A DNA stretch of 64,000 nucleotides from Carcharhinus longimanus (Eukaryota), in assembly GCA_030264375.1 (NCBI GenBank), contig JASCQW010000081.1, positions 31,530,377-31,594,376 of the forward strand, in the 5' to 3' direction. A program made the translations under genes and the position numbers. Position 1 is the stretch's first letter, and the number at the start of each line of letters is the position of its first letter. The notes under the pieces were generated by a model. It saw only the letters and a program-made list of their open reading frames with translations. It had not been told where the DNA came from and did not search any database. Positions 25,880-39,706 of this stretch are shown one piece after another.

Positions 25880-26685
25880 ATTTGATTTGATTTATTATTG
25901 TCACATATATTAACATACAGTGAAAAGTATTGTTTCTTGCACGCTATACAGACAAAGCCTACTGTTCATAGAGCAGGAAACGAGAGCGCGCAGAATGTAG
26001 TATTACAGTCATAGCTAGGGGGTAGAGAAATATCAACTTAATGCAAGGTAAATCCATTCAGAAGTCAGACAGCAGCAGGGAAGAAGCTGTTTGAGTTAGT
26101 TGGTATGTGACCTGAGACTTTTGAATCTTTATCCCAACAGAAAAAGGTGGGAGAGAGAATGTCCAGGGTGCATGGGGTCCTTGGTTATGCTGGCTGTTCT
26201 GTCTAGGCAGTGGGAAGTGTAGACAGTGTCAGTAGATGGGAGGATGTTTTGCATGATGGACTGTGTTACATTCATGACCTTTTTGTAGTTTCGTGTGGTC
26301 TTGGGCAGACAGGAGCCATACCAAGCTCTGATAAAACCAGAGAGAATGCTTTTTATGGTGCACCTATAAAAGTTGGTGAGAGTCGGAACTGATAGTCAAA
26401 TTTCCTTAGTCTTTTGAGAAAGTAGAGACATTGGTGGGCTTTCTTAACTATAGTGTCAGCTTGGCGGGATCAGGACAGGTTGTTGGTGACCTGGGCACCT
26501 AAAAACTTGAAGCCCTTGACCATTTCTACTTCATCCCTGCTGATGTAGACAGAGGCATGTTCTCCACTATGCTTCCTGGAATTGATGACAATCTCTTTTG
26601 TTTTGTTGGCATTGAGGGAAAGATTATTACTGCTGTAGTCATTCACTAGATTCTCTATCTCTTTCCTGTACTTTGTCTCATTGTT
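25880..26685 (-). mobile_element. Rex1/Babar LINE 3' fragment
   Basis: ORF 26470-26700 NETKYRKEIENLV...LSLNANKTKEIVI...FKFLGAQVTNNLS; collinear with 15095-15885. Confidence 0.88.
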
Positions 26686-26946
26686 CATATGTTCGATCAT
26701 GTAAGTTATAAATGTAAAAACTGAGTTGATAATGGAAAATTGATCATTACAAATGACTGCAATAGAACAGTATGAGGTGGGTTGTAGTTTTCAAAAGCAG
26801 GTTTGGATCTGTGTAACAACTAAATATTGAACTTTTAGTATACCTCCAGTATAAAATGCCATAAGACACTCCACCGAAAAGTTGACAAACCAAATTTGAC
26901 ATCGAGCTATGTAATAATCTAACAGTGTAATGATTAGAAGAACTCC

Positions 26947-27077
26947 TTCTGACGAAAGGCCATTATCGACCTGAAACATCTAACTCTGTTTCTCTCAGAC
27001 TCTGCTGGACCTGCTGAGTATTTCCAGCAGTTTGTTTTTTTTTCTGTTTTCCAGCATCTGCAGTATTTTGCTTTTGT
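26947..27077 (+). mobile_element. PLE terminal-repeat fragment with hammerhead core
   Basis: CTGACGA-A-AGGCC attatc GACCT-GAAA at 26949-26976, then ...ccagcatctgcagtattttgcttttg. Confidence 0.65.
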
Positions 27078-27249
27078 GCCAAAGTTCAAGATCCCATTGG
27101 ATTTGGGTAGGGTGGAAACCACATGAACTATCAACAAACTGTTTTCAGAGTTTGGAGAAGCAAACAGCAGGTGAAATGTCTGCAGTCCAGAAGCTGTTTG
27201 AGGATAGAATATCAGAGGATGCAGTGACGGAGGGCTTTTTGTAGGAATT

Positions 27250-27615
27250 AGTATTTCTATTGTTTCAGGGAACCTGGCCAGCATTCATTTTCTGCCTCTA
27301 ATTGTCCTTGAATTGAGTGACTTGTTAGACCATTCAGAGGGCAGTTCAGAGACAACAACATTGCTGTGGTTCTGGAGTCGCATTAGGATGGCAAATTTCC
27401 TCCCAAAAGAACATTAGTTATGTTTTTATGACAACTGACAGTTGTTTCGTGGTCACCATTACTGGGGCTAGCTTTAAATTTTACACTTTTGTATTAATTG
27501 GATTTAAATTCCACAAGCTGTCATGGTGGGATTTGAACCCATGCCCTCAAATGATTAGCCTGGACAACTGGATTGCTAGTCCAGTGATGTTACCTTGGCA
27601 CTACTGCCTCCTCTA
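27250..27615 (-). mobile_element. tRNA-derived SINE
   Basis: Reverse complement of the 22325 family (ggtgggatttgaacccatg...ggattgctagtccagtga). Confidence 0.7.
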
Positions 27616-29289
27616 GTTTTAATCTAGTTGGCGTACAAAGTCATTTGCAGGGTAGAAAGGTGATGGCACTGTTGGAGAATACCATAAAATTCAGAAGCAA
27701 CAGATTATTGCGCCTGTAACATTCTGACCAGGAACAGACTGAAGCTGAAGAGCCAGTAGGACCAGTGGCCAGCTACAGACTCTGCTGTAGTCTGAAGTCT
27801 CCCAATAATAGCTATGGCAGAGCAAGGGCAGTGGACTGATCAAAATGTTGCGCGAGAGCAGTAAATCAGTGACAAGTTGGGTCTGATGGCATAACCAGTA
27901 AAATTTGGAACAGCTATAACGACTTGATGTTGAGAGCACCTCAGGAATTTGAAGCCAAGTTGAAACATGTTCATCTTGATATGTCCAAACTCCAAGTCTC
28001 AGATCCAAAAATAGATTACAGACGGAAGCCAAATCTTACAATGTAGTTCAGTGCTGAAACGTGGTTTTGATGTCCAATGAAGTCCAAAAATTTGAAACAG
28101 CATTTGAAAGAGAATCCAAAGTCAGGTCTTTTTCGTATCTTGACCAAAGGTCACAAGGTTGGGTCAGGGAATGGAGTTGAAGCATCAGAAAGAGGACGAA
28201 AACTAGTATACCCACAGTTAGAATTCGGGAACCTTAATGAGCAAAAAGAAATAGGAGGAGAAAGAGCAATCGATGACAGCACCAGGGTGGTGGGATGGGC
28301 ACAGGTAGACATGTAGAGTGAGGGGGCCTGCAGGGAGCCAACTGCCCAGGCACCATTTTGAATAAGGAAGAGATGCTGAGTGGTGTGCTGCAGATGTTTC
28401 TTCATTTCCCATTAATGACATTAGTGGTCAAACTAGCAAATAACAGCAACTTAGATCTTTATCTTTCATAAAATATAAAAACATCTCCCAGTACTGTTGC
28501 AGAGATGAATCCTGGCAAAACTGGCCATTGATCCGAAGCAAATATTCACAGGAGTGCCCAAAAGTTTGGGAAAAGAGATGGGTTTTAAAGAGAGCCTGAA
28601 GTACTGATGAGGAAGTGGAGGAGTTTAAGGTGTGGGACCTAAGTGGTTAAAGGAGAGTTCAGAGAATGGGTTGTTGGGCTGGAGAAGGTTAGAGATGAGA
28701 AGCAATGAGCCTGCAAAAGAACTTAATACTAAGATAAAATATTAAACTTGATTTGCTGAGGGATCAATCAGAAGGATAAAAGTAATGGCTGCATGTGGAA
28801 TAGAATAGAGTTGGCATTGTTTGGATATTCAGAAGTTCTTCAAAGCTAGCAAATCACAAACTAAACAGATTCTCTCTCTCATGCCTGTTACTTGTTCTCC
28901 TTGACTAGAAGTGTTGAGTAAACTCATCATTGGGCAATGTCACATCTGTCTTGATGTCTCACTAAATAACATACAATGTGGGGATGCTGGCACCGAATTG
29001 GTTTATTTGGTAGTGCTTCCAAATACACCTGTTGGACTGGTAACCTGGTGTTGTGAGATTACTTACTGTAAGTAACATACCACTGGAAGTGGTTAGAAAA
29101 TTCTACTATCTTGCATTTGGTCTTATTCTCTCATTGGATGAGTGTCACTGGCTAGGCCAACATTTTTATTGCAAATCCCCAATTGCCTTTTGAGAAGTTA
29201 GTGGTGAGCTGCCTTCTTTAATTGCTGCAAATCACATGGTTTATGTACATCAGCAGCGTTGTGAGGGAGGGAGTTCCAGGATTTTGACA

Positions 29290-30050
29290 CTCACTGCAGA
29301 CTGCAATGACGGGCAGTTTGTCTCTTGATGCAGAATTGATTTAAACATAAAGCAGCAACCATCTTAGGCTAGCTCTCAAAATGTGCATCAAACTGGCTTT
29401 TGGGACCACGCTGTGGGTTAATGAAGCTTGTGTTCTCAGCCCCTTGTTGTATGGCAGTGAAATATGGATGAATCAAAGCTATCAAGATAAAAAACTCAAC
29501 AACTTTAAACTTTTGCTGCTTGCAGTGCATTCGGGTTATTTCATGGAAGGACAAAATCGCAAATATGGTAGTTCTCTCAAAGGCCAAATCCTGCAAGCAT
29601 GTTGGCACCAATCAAGCAGGAGTGATATTCCTGGCTAGGACGTGTTTGTAGGATGGAAAATATTCACATAATGATTTTCTGTACGGCAAGGTCGTTGGTG
29701 CCAAACGACTAGTCAAACGCCCAAATATCCGCTTCAAGAATTTTTGCAAGTGTGACATGAAGGCTCTAAATGCTGATTCATGCACTTGGGAAACAGCTGT
29801 TGACTGAGGAAAATGGCAGCATCAACTGGGGGCAGCATGAGTCACTAATGATTAGTGGTCATAGCAGCTTGACAGCAACTGAAAACAACAAACTACAATG
29901 GCATCAAAAAGACCACTTCACTTCAGGCAGCACTATCGTGGAACCTGCCTTTTATGGATTGGTTTCTTCAGCCGTCAGCAAAATTACACCATTTGAGGCT
30001 ACCCCATTCCCACAGATTTGGTTTGCTGCATGTCCATCTTGTATAACTGA
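29290..30050 (+). mobile_element. RTE LINE RT C-terminal fragment
   Basis: EACVLSPLLYGSEIW peptide; ...WLGRVCRMEN...LYG...RPNIRFK. Confidence 0.7.
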
Positions 30051-30319
30051 AGAATGCTGTTGGCACTGCATTTCCTTTTAACATTATGGAGACTACACTT
30101 CCATAAGCATATTATGAGCTGCATAGTGCTTTGGCACATCCTAAGGTTTTGAGAGGTGCTATATAAATGCTTTCACATGGTAAGTGAAGATGGTGCTGAC
30201 ATGGCAACTGTAATATTTAATTACTGAGTGAGCCTCCCTGAATGTTGAACAATATGTAATTTGCAAGCAAATTTTCATGATAAATATTATACCCTACATC
30301 TGATCCCTGGATCTCACAA

Positions 30320-30970
30320 TCACGCAAAAGAAGGCCTTTTGGCCTGTCATGTTATGTTGGCTCAATGAAGGAGCAATTCACTTGGTGTCACTCCACTGCC
30401 TTTTCCTTAGAGCCCAGCAGATTCTCCCTTTTCAAATGATCCAGTTCCCTCTCGAAATTGACCCTGCCTCCACCCAAGCCCTCAGGCTTTGCAGTCTAAA
30501 TCCCAATTATTTGCAGTGTGAAAAATCTTCTTCTCAAGTCGCCATTGCTTCTTTTGTCAATAACCTTAAAACTGTGCCCTCTCTTTCTTGCTACCTCCAC
30601 GAACGAGAGTAGTTTTACTCTCGCTACTGTGTTCAGGTGCTCGTGATTTTGAATCATGTCAAATCTCCTATTCTCCAACGGAATGGTCCCAACTTCTCTG
30701 ATCTGCCCATGCAACTGAAATTTCTCACTCCTGGAACCATTCTTGTGAATTGTTTCTGTAACTGCTCTAATACTTCCATGCCATTCCGAAAGTGTGGTGC
30801 CCAGATGTCCCAGTTGAGACTGAAGCAGTGTTCTATACAAGTTTAACACATCTTCCTTGTTTTTGTATTCTGTGCCCCTCTAAATAAAATCTAGGATGCT
30901 GAATGCTTTTCAACTTGCCCTGCCACCTTCAATGATTATGCACATATATAAGCAGGTCCCTCTGCTCCAA
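30320..30970 (-). mobile_element. CR1 LINE 3' fragment
   Basis: ORF 30496-30849 MLNLYRTLLQSQL...RGHSFKVIDKRSNGDLRRRFFT. Confidence 0.8.
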
Positions 30971-33129
30971 CATGCTCGTTGACTGTGTTACTTTGTTTTT
31001 AACAAAATGCTGATGTTAAAATGATTACTCATTTCACAGTTGCTACAAAATAAATGCAAAAGTCATTGAATTTGCCTCCTGACAAATGCATAGTCTTTCT
31101 CTACATTATGGACATTTTGCTTACTTTGTTATTGACCTGAAGACAAATTGTTGGCAACTGAAGCACTGAATGAGCAAATCCGCATTCTTGCTTGCAGGGT
31201 TCTGAGATCATTGCATCTGCACACTTTAGCTTTCCTGGGGCTCAATTTCTAGTGTTTACAATCTTATTACAAATGGACATTGGTGCTTCTATTTAGCTGG
31301 TTTTCCACTGTGTACCTCTGTGAAAAGAGTGGGAGAAGCATTTACTGTAAGAGCTAAGAGCTCTTAGGAGGCTATTTAAAGTGGAGACAGTGTAGCAGTG
31401 CAGCATCATGTTTATGATTCTTTAATCCTCGATACCAGATGCGTTATTGAGCACTGCTGCTGAATATATGACAATGATTTAGTACATGCATATGGTGGAG
31501 GTTACTGCACTGGTGTAAAACTAACAAGGCACGGAATAGAAGCTTTGCTGCAAATTGTGAATGGTTTTCATTACTCAATAGCTGTTACAAACATAAAATG
31601 AAACAGGTAACGTTTTTGCTTTATTGTCCTTTTGATTTTTTTTTGGTAACCTCTGTAGCAGGCATCATATTAATATTTGTTAAAATGTATGAGGAGAAAA
31701 ATGCATGGAATCATAAGGATTTTAGAGCAAACTATTATGATGATAACCTGTCAAATAGTACGTATCAAGGTTTGTTGTTAGAAACTGCATCTTGGTATAA
31801 TAATAATGCTGATGCATGAAGTTTTTGGTATCACTAGTATTCGTTACAAATTTTTATGGGTTTAGTTTCCAACGGTAGGTACTGCGTTTTGAGTTAGGTT
31901 CTGGAAGTTAACTCATCAGAGAAATTAATATTTTGTTGTAGCTTTCAAAATATGAATGTTTTCTGTTCTATCTTTAGAATCTCCGACCATGCTGCAACTC
32001 AAAAAGCATGAGAAACTGAAGGTTAATTCTGTGTTTTGTTCTAGACCCAGTTGACATTAGAACTGCATTGCTGTAAAATGGAGTACTCATAATGCTGCAC
32101 TGTAATGTTTAGCATCTTATACTGTACTTAATCCTGTGAGTATCCTCTATGCTGGGAAAGTCTGCATTGTTCCTCAGCTGAGGGATTGAATATTCAAGAA
32201 TTAAATTCTGGAATCCATTGGAAATATTTGAATAAATGTAACTATTTTGTGATACAATTTTTATGTTGGTTTATGAATGCTGCTCTGCAGTCTTTTGCTT
32301 GGACACAAAAAGGATTGAATTACTTAATTCTTTTGAACAAAATGTTAAGAGATGCATATTTCAGTTCTGTGTTGATAGAAAGGGTAATATTTTTATTGTA
32401 GTGGGTAGCAGCCCTGTCTCTGAGCCACAGCTCTGGGTTCAAGTCCCACTCTGGGATATGCTGGCCATGGAAGGAGCATTTACAATGCTGCCAGACAGGT
32501 TGTCTTAAGTTGTAAATTCTCCCAACATATGCCCTTGATGGCAGTAAGAAAGGAGAGATTCCTGCTCATTCTTGTGATGGAAAGAAAATTGAAGCCTTTA
32601 CCACAAAGTATGCTAGTGAGTGGGCTGTATGAGTGGCCTCCTTCATCTCAGTGAACTGCAAGATTGGAATTGGAGATGTTGATTAATTATGACCCTATGA
32701 ATAAGATGGAATACATTTAAATCATGCTGAATATTTCAGAACGTGTTATAGAAAATGCTTAATCGTTCCTATATTAATAGAACTATATCAACATCAGATG
32801 GTTAAAAACAAAAAATATTTGACTGCACAACATTACAATCAATGTTGTGTGTAGTCAGGAGGCATCTTACTTGCTGTTGCTTTACATATCACTTCACTCA
32901 TACCAGTAGGAAAAGAAACCATGTGGACAAACATCAGTGGAATGTAACAATCCTGCATGTGGGCAGAGGTCAACAAAAGATCTCATGGGCTGCACTCAAA
33001 CTCCACATGGGCCACATGTGGTCCCTGGGCCACACTTTGCCCACCACTGCCCTACCAGGGTCCTTTTATAGTTCAAGGTTACAACATGCACGTAAAGCGT
33101 ACTTTGTCACAGAATTCTGACTCTTTGGG

Positions 33130-33278
33130 AAGTCAGTTGCCTTGATGACAATAGCATGGGGTTTGATTCCCGTCCCAGCTGAGGTAGATTTGGAGTCTGC
33201 CTCCTTGCTCTACCCATCATGGAGATCACGGTGCTGTCGGTTGGCCCTTTCTTTGAGCAGAGAATGCAAGAAGAAGAA
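33130..33278 (+). mobile_element. Short tRNA-derived SINE with (GAA)n tail
   Basis: gggtttgattcccgtcccagctgagg B-box-like head; caagaagaagaa tail. Confidence 0.5.
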
Positions 33279-35429
33279 TATTTTTGGAAAACAGTGAAAT
33301 GAGATTCAGCCTTGTTTCAAAATAAATGATTTGTGCAGTCTGAAAAAATGCTTGTTGGCTGCTTTATTCTTTGCATTTTTGTCGAGGTTCAGCCTCCAAG
33401 ATCATTTTGACCATCCAGCCGTCAATACATTTCTTTATACTGAGTTTTCGTTTCCTGTCTGTTATTGCTGTTTACTGATTGTAACTCATGGCCACAGATG
33501 GGCATGATTTAGCAAAATTTCATGTTCTGAACCATGACAGTTTCAGTTGTTTGGACTGGTTTCTTCTGTACAACTGATTCCAAGGTTGCTGTTGCCCCAA
33601 AGTACATTTGTTGTTGGTGTCCTACTTGATTTTCCGTGGTGCTTTCACATTTCTCAGATAGTTAATGAAGTGTTAACGTATTTTGTTTAAAGGAACATAC
33701 AAGACTTCGCGAAGGTTATTCTGATGGGGTTAGGTGAAAAATTCTCAGGAGGCACTCGTGTGGAGCGTAAAGCACAGCACTGAGTAGTTGGTCCAAATGG
33801 CCTTTCTCAATGCTGTACATTAAGTCTGGGGAGAACAAATCAAATTGAATCCTGTTAATTGCACCATGTGGATGAAGAACAGTGTGCTTGTCTTGGATTT
33901 GTGGTCTGTTGGTTGCTGTGTGACATTGACCACATTAGAAGGAGTGAATTGGCTCCCCTCTATTTAACCTCTTTGGTTGGTCACAACAAAGGTTTAAGTT
34001 TCTTTTTCACATGGATATGCCTTTTCCAAATCCAATTATATTTGGCTGTTTATGCAATGAATAATAAGGAGCCAATCAAACAAGATCTTCTTGAATTAAG
34101 GAGTGAATTTATTAGCCATTAAAGCTGAGGAAAAAAATAAAAACACACAGATATCAGAATTAAGGGAAATCAGCATCCAGTTGAAAAAAAAATGAAGAAT
34201 ACATGATTAAATATTCTTTGCTTGTCCTTGAGATATAGATTGTTAAACTCTGCAGCCAATTTGGATTAGCTAGTTTACGTGGTCAGATGTTGCAGTTATT
34301 ATGAGATCTCGGTTTGTTGGTAGATTTCCAGTTGTCTTCCGAACTACTAACACACTTTTTTCCACAAGAGGAAGAATGCGCAAATTTTCAGTCTGTTTCT
34401 TCTGCTAAAAGCTTGATTGATGCTACGTCTGTTACTTGCAACTTTTCTGCAGTGTGGACAACCTGGCCGATTTATACTTCATCTATTATGTATTTCCAGA
34501 GTGTTTTGGGTGGGTCAGTCGGAAACAGTCATCATTTCAATATGCAACAACTTTGCTTTTTAATGTCGTTTCCTTAGATAATGATGAGTTTTGATGAATC
34601 TTTGAATTATGCTCAATGTCTCTCTTTGACACTATGCCCAGTGTGACTTGTTTGCTTTTCCACCTTCCGCTTGGAAGGTGGCCTTGCTGTCTCATTTCAA
34701 ATTGTAAAATTTTCAGTCAATTGAAAGTTTGGAAATTATATCTTAAAAAATAAAGAGGCATAATCTCATGCCTGTACGATGAAATACAATTAACCCATTT
34801 ACCTTAGCAGTGAATTCATGACATGTGCTAGTTGCAACCTAAGTTAAACACCCCGACAAGCTGAACCAGTTTAGTGCCTTCGGTAGATTGCAGTTCTAAT
34901 GGCAGAATGCTGTTTCATGGAACTGACAAATGGGTGTTTCGTCACAATTTGATTCAAGCAATCAGTTTTTATTATGAGGCAGCTAGTTACTTAATACTTG
35001 AGTTAGTGAATCTCTATTTGATGAATTTGGTGTGAATGGATTCCTGTGTGTCTCTATGCTCAGTTGGAAGTTACATTTCCAAGATGACATGATTCAAGAT
35101 TTGACGTTAAGGCAGTGAGCTATTTTAATTGCAAAGCTGCTTGGTTGATTGCACTTCCTGATATCGGCACAATAATAAGTTCTTTGACCCTGGGAGGTTA
35201 TTGCTTCACTTTGCTCGCCACCCTGCTCCGCCTCCGCAATGTTTGATTCTAAGGAGTCAAACTAACTATAGGAAACTAACCTTTGAACGCCACCGTGAGT
35301 AACGACCACGTTTGCCTTGGTAAAAATTGTTTTGATTTAACTTTGTTCTTTTGAATAGATACACTCGAAGCCCATAACTTTGGTAGATGGAGTGGTTGAC
35401 TATTCCATAACTCAACTTTTTCAAATTTT

Positions 35430-35730
35430 CAAGTTTATTTATTTAGTATCACAAGTAGGCTTACGTTAACACTCCAATGAACTTACTGTGAAAATCCCCT
35501 GGTTGCCACACTGGCACCTGTTCGGGTGCACTGAGGGAGAATTTCGAAAGGCCAGTGCATTTAATCAGCATGTCTTTCAGACTGTGGGAGAAAACCAGAG
35601 TGCCCCAAAGAAACCCACATAGGCAAGGGGAGAACGTACAGACCCTCAGACAGTGACCCAAGCCGGGAGTTGAATCCAAGTCCCTGGCGCTGTGGGGCAG
35701 CAGTGCTAATCACTGTGCCACCATGCTGCT
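35430..35730 (-). mobile_element. HE1-type V-SINE
   Basis: cacaagtaggcttac...actgtgggagaaaaccagag...gcagcagtgctaatcactgtgccacc. Confidence 0.85.
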
Positions 35731-35779
35731 TATGTGTTGCGCATTGTATTGTGTAGTGATGTTTTTGTTGTCATGTTGG

Positions 35780-36850
35780 TCAGCCCGTCTGTATTGAGGA
35801 TGACTTCTACTCAGTCTGGGTTCTGAGAAAGCTGATGAGTTCATTGTGTAATCTATAGATTCTGCCACGTGCAGGGCAGGTGGTGCTTGGAGGGTCAAGG
35901 AGACTAGTTGCTTGGATGTTTGTGTGCTTTGTCCAACAGTTGTACTTCACCGTTGCATGTTCCTGGTGAAGTCCCTCTTCATTTGGTGCCTTGCCAAATT
36001 AATCTTCTCCAGTTTGACAGTCAGCTAGGAATTCCCACGAGTTGGTGGGAATATTCTCCCTCTTCAGGGGAGGCGTGGTGACACAGTGGTTAGCACTGCT
36101 GCCTCACGGTACCATGGACCTGGAATCAATTCTGGCCTCGTGTCACTGCCTGTGTGGAGGTTGCGTCTTCTCCTTGTGTCTGTGTGGATTTCCTCCGGGT
36201 GCTCTGATTTCCTCCCATGGTCCAAAGATGTGTGGGTTAGGTTAATTGCAGTAAAAAGTCTGACAACAGCAGGTTTAAGTCCAACTGATTTATTTGATAG
36301 TACACTCACTAGCTTTTGGGGTTAGTCCCTTTGTCAGGTGAATTTAGGTTAATTGGCCATATAAGTTGCCCCTTAGTGTCAGGGAGACTAGCAGGGTAAA
36401 AGCGGGGAAAAGGCCTGGTTGGAATTGTTGTCGGTGCAGGCTGAATGGCCTCCTTCTGCACTGTAGGATTTTATGATTCTTCAGGATGCTTTGAGAGCAT
36501 CTGTAAAGAATTTCCACTGTCCACCTGGGACTGTCCTGCCACAAACTAGTTCTGAGTAGACTAGTTGCTTTGAGAGTCTTGTGTCAGGCATATGAACAAA
36601 ATGCCCTGCCCACTGGAGCTGATTTTAAGTGATTAGTGCTTCAATGTTGAACATGTTGGCTTGAGTGAAGACGTGCTATTGGCCTACTTTTTCTGTCACA
36701 AGATTTGCAGGAGTTTGCAAAATCGGCACTTGTACTTGTCTGGTGTTTTCAGGTGCCTGCTTAGGTTGTCTAAGTCATATACCATACCAAAGCATATACC
36801 ATGGCCTTAGTCTATTGCTTAAAATCGTGGTCCTCAAATAAGCTTTTTCT
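35780..36850 (-). mobile_element. Degenerate RTE LINE hosting an HE1 SINE (~36070-36480, +), which itself holds a 95-bp PLE insert (36249-36343)
   Basis: gatttgcaggagtttgcaa...tggtgttttcaggtg RTE-like sequence; SINE head gtgacacagtggttagcactgctgcctcac; TTAGGTTAATTG duplicated around the insert. Confidence 0.7.
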
Positions 36851-37789
36851 CAGTCAGCAGAAGATTGAGCTGGCATATTGGAGGTAGTGATGAATTTTGT
36901 GGTCAGTGTCTGCCTTCGTAAAATGTGTTTTTGTAGGACTCTGTGGACCATCAGATATAAATCCGATTCAGACTTCAGAATTGGTGTTAGGTTTTTTTTT
37001 TGTAGCTGATCAATGAATATAAAAGTATAAATAGTTAAAGTTATACTGTATTGTCTATGACTGCTGCTCATCTCTTTTTTTTAAAAAAAATTTGTTTTGC
37101 GGCTGAGATCTTTATCATGTCTGAGTATTCCTTCGTTCTGGATTTCTGAAGTTTAGGAGATCACAAGATTAAATAAGTGCAACAGGAATGTTTCCGTTTA
37201 AATCCTGGGTAAAGGTCCTTGGCTTTTGTTACTTTCCATTTTTTTTGCAAGAAGTAAAAGCTTGTTTATGGACATATTTTTGGCCTGGGACATAAGGGAA
37301 ATTATATAAGTGAACCCTAGAAATGCAGTGATGCACGTGTATATCCTAGAGAATCATTCAAAGAGCAGAAAGTTTGTCCTGGATTGAAGACATTTGGGAA
37401 TTAACAAGTTTGAGTCATTGAATAAATATTAAATCTATCAGAAAATATCAAACAAGCTTGGACTTTTTGTTCTCGTTCTATAGAAAAGGGAAGACTGAGG
37501 TACTGACAGTTCTATAGAAGGGTCATATGGACTCAATGTGTTTCTTCCACAAAGCTCCAAGTCCATCTGAGTTTATCCAGCATTTCTGTTTTAACTGGAA
37601 ATGGAAGGTCTTGATGAAGGATAGTGAGAGGGTTGGAGTTGGTAGCTGGAGAAGAGAGTTATGGTGGAACTAAAGATGGCAGCATTGGTCTTTCCAAAAT
37701 TTAGTTGAGCATAAATGACTTTTGTTTGAGTACTTTATGCCACTCAAACAATCTTGCCCGTTTCAAGAAATTGGAATGGTCTTCTGGTT

Positions 37790-39410
37790 CCTTTTTATCT
37801 GTTCTGCTCATTACCATCTCAAAGAATTTGAATAAATTTGACAGATGTGATTTCCCCTTCAGGACACCATGCTGAAGCTGCTTGATTATATTATGTATTT
37901 CTAAATGCTCTGATGTTTGTGGACTCTAACAATTTGCCAATAACAGATGTTAAGCAAACTCCTGATAACTGTGTATCTGTTTTTTTGTCCCCCTCCCCGC
38001 CTTTTGAATAATAGTGTTACTTTGGCAGCTTTCCAATCCTCTGGGACCTTTTTTCCAGAATTTAAGGATTCTGGGAAGATTGCATTCACCATCTCTGCAG
38101 CTACTTCCTTTACTATACTGGGATGCAACTCATTAGATCCAAGAGACTTGTTTGTCTTAAGCCTCATTAGTTTCCCTAGTACTTTTTATCTCGTGATTTA
38201 TTGTATTTCTTTCCTCCCTTCTTCTGCGCCATGATTATTTTGCATTTTTGAATTGTTATTAGTGTCTTCCACCATGAAGACTGATTNNNNNNNNNNGAGA
38301 TGGGCGGTATTGTCTTTAACTATAGACAATACAAAACTCATGAGGCAGATATCTCTGTATAAAGATATAACATTTATGCAAAACAAAAATAAAACAAGCA
38401 GCTACTCGGAGATCACCAAAGGGGTTAAGTACCTCTGAGAGCAACAGAACTTCCTCTGATGAATCTGACATATACAATCAAAAACAATTCAATTATAGTT
38501 TTTCTAATCAATTTTTCCAATTTCATATTAGTTTAAAATCAACTACATTCAGTAAACATACATCAGTATGTATATGTGACATACACCTCAGCCGTAGCTT
38601 ATCTCATTCATCCACTTAATCTGGACGTTAACTCCCATTTTGGCTAAAGTCACTTCCTGGTCATCCTAAATGCTTGCTACAGGGATCAAAGTAAACGTTC
38701 CCACCGGATCACTGCCAACCTGGATAAACACGTGATCTTGCGTCCAGGCACGTCCTTATCCTGAGTCTAGATAATGAATGGACTTATTCATAATGTTGCA
38801 AGATGTATTCCCTCATAAGAAACTTTCTGATATGAATTTTGCTAACTACAGGGGTTCCCAAGCCTTTGGCTCTGAACTATTCGCCTTTACCATCATACCT
38901 TTCAGTAACTTGTTTCAATGATTCATACAACATTTTAAAAATGTTCAAAATATCAGTATATATGTTTTTAAAATCATAATTGTTTAATTCTCTTATTGCA
39001 TCCACACCTGTAAACTATTTGTCTTATTAGCTTATTAACTTTAAGAATCATTTAACTCTTTATTGGTAGTCCTGTCAGTGCCTTATATATTCTATCTAAA
39101 ACCTTCTTAGCTGTTTGGAAATTTCCCACTTCACTGATGCAAAGTATTTGTTTAACTGCTTTGCCATTTCCTCATTTCCCCATTATTATTTCTAGAGTCT
39201 CATTCTTTAAGGAGCCTATGTTCACTTTGGCTTCCCTCTTTTTTTATACATTTAAAGTAGGTTTTACTATTTGCTAGTTAACCGTCATAGTTATCTTCTT
39301 CCTATTTTTTGGTCATAGTTTGTTAGTTTTTAAAACTTTCCCAATGCTATGGCTTGCCACTAATCTTTGCCACATTATATAATTTTTCTTTCAATTTAAT
39401 ATTCATTATT
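37790..39410 (-). mobile_element. Degenerate CR1 ORF2 split by a solo-LTR-like insertion
   Basis: ORF 37901-38167 LKTNKSLGSNELHPSIVKEVAAE...VPEDWKAAKVTLLFK; CR1 sequence resumes at 39134. Confidence 0.75.
38286..39133. mobile_element. Putative solo LTR with 5-bp TSD
   Basis: Flanked by CTGAT (38281-38285 and 39134-39138); ends ...cccacttCA; starts T followed by Ns. Confidence 0.55.
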
Positions 39411-39706
39411 TTTTATGCAAAAACAAGATGTACTGATTAAGTAAATTAAATCGTGACTGTTGCTCTGTAAAATTGTGTACTGAGGCAAACCAATGAAATA
39501 ATTTGAATCAAATCAATGTTTCTCAGTTTATCTTCAAGGAGAATGAAGAAACACCTGTGTGTGAGACATGAATGTCCAGTTAAAATCATACTGGGGGACT
39601 ATGGTTTTCCCCTAAAACTTTTGTGTAGCTGTTTATTGTTACACAAACTTTTAAATACAAGATGGCAGACTCTTACAGAAATGACCAGCCTATTGTTCCT
39701 GAGAAA

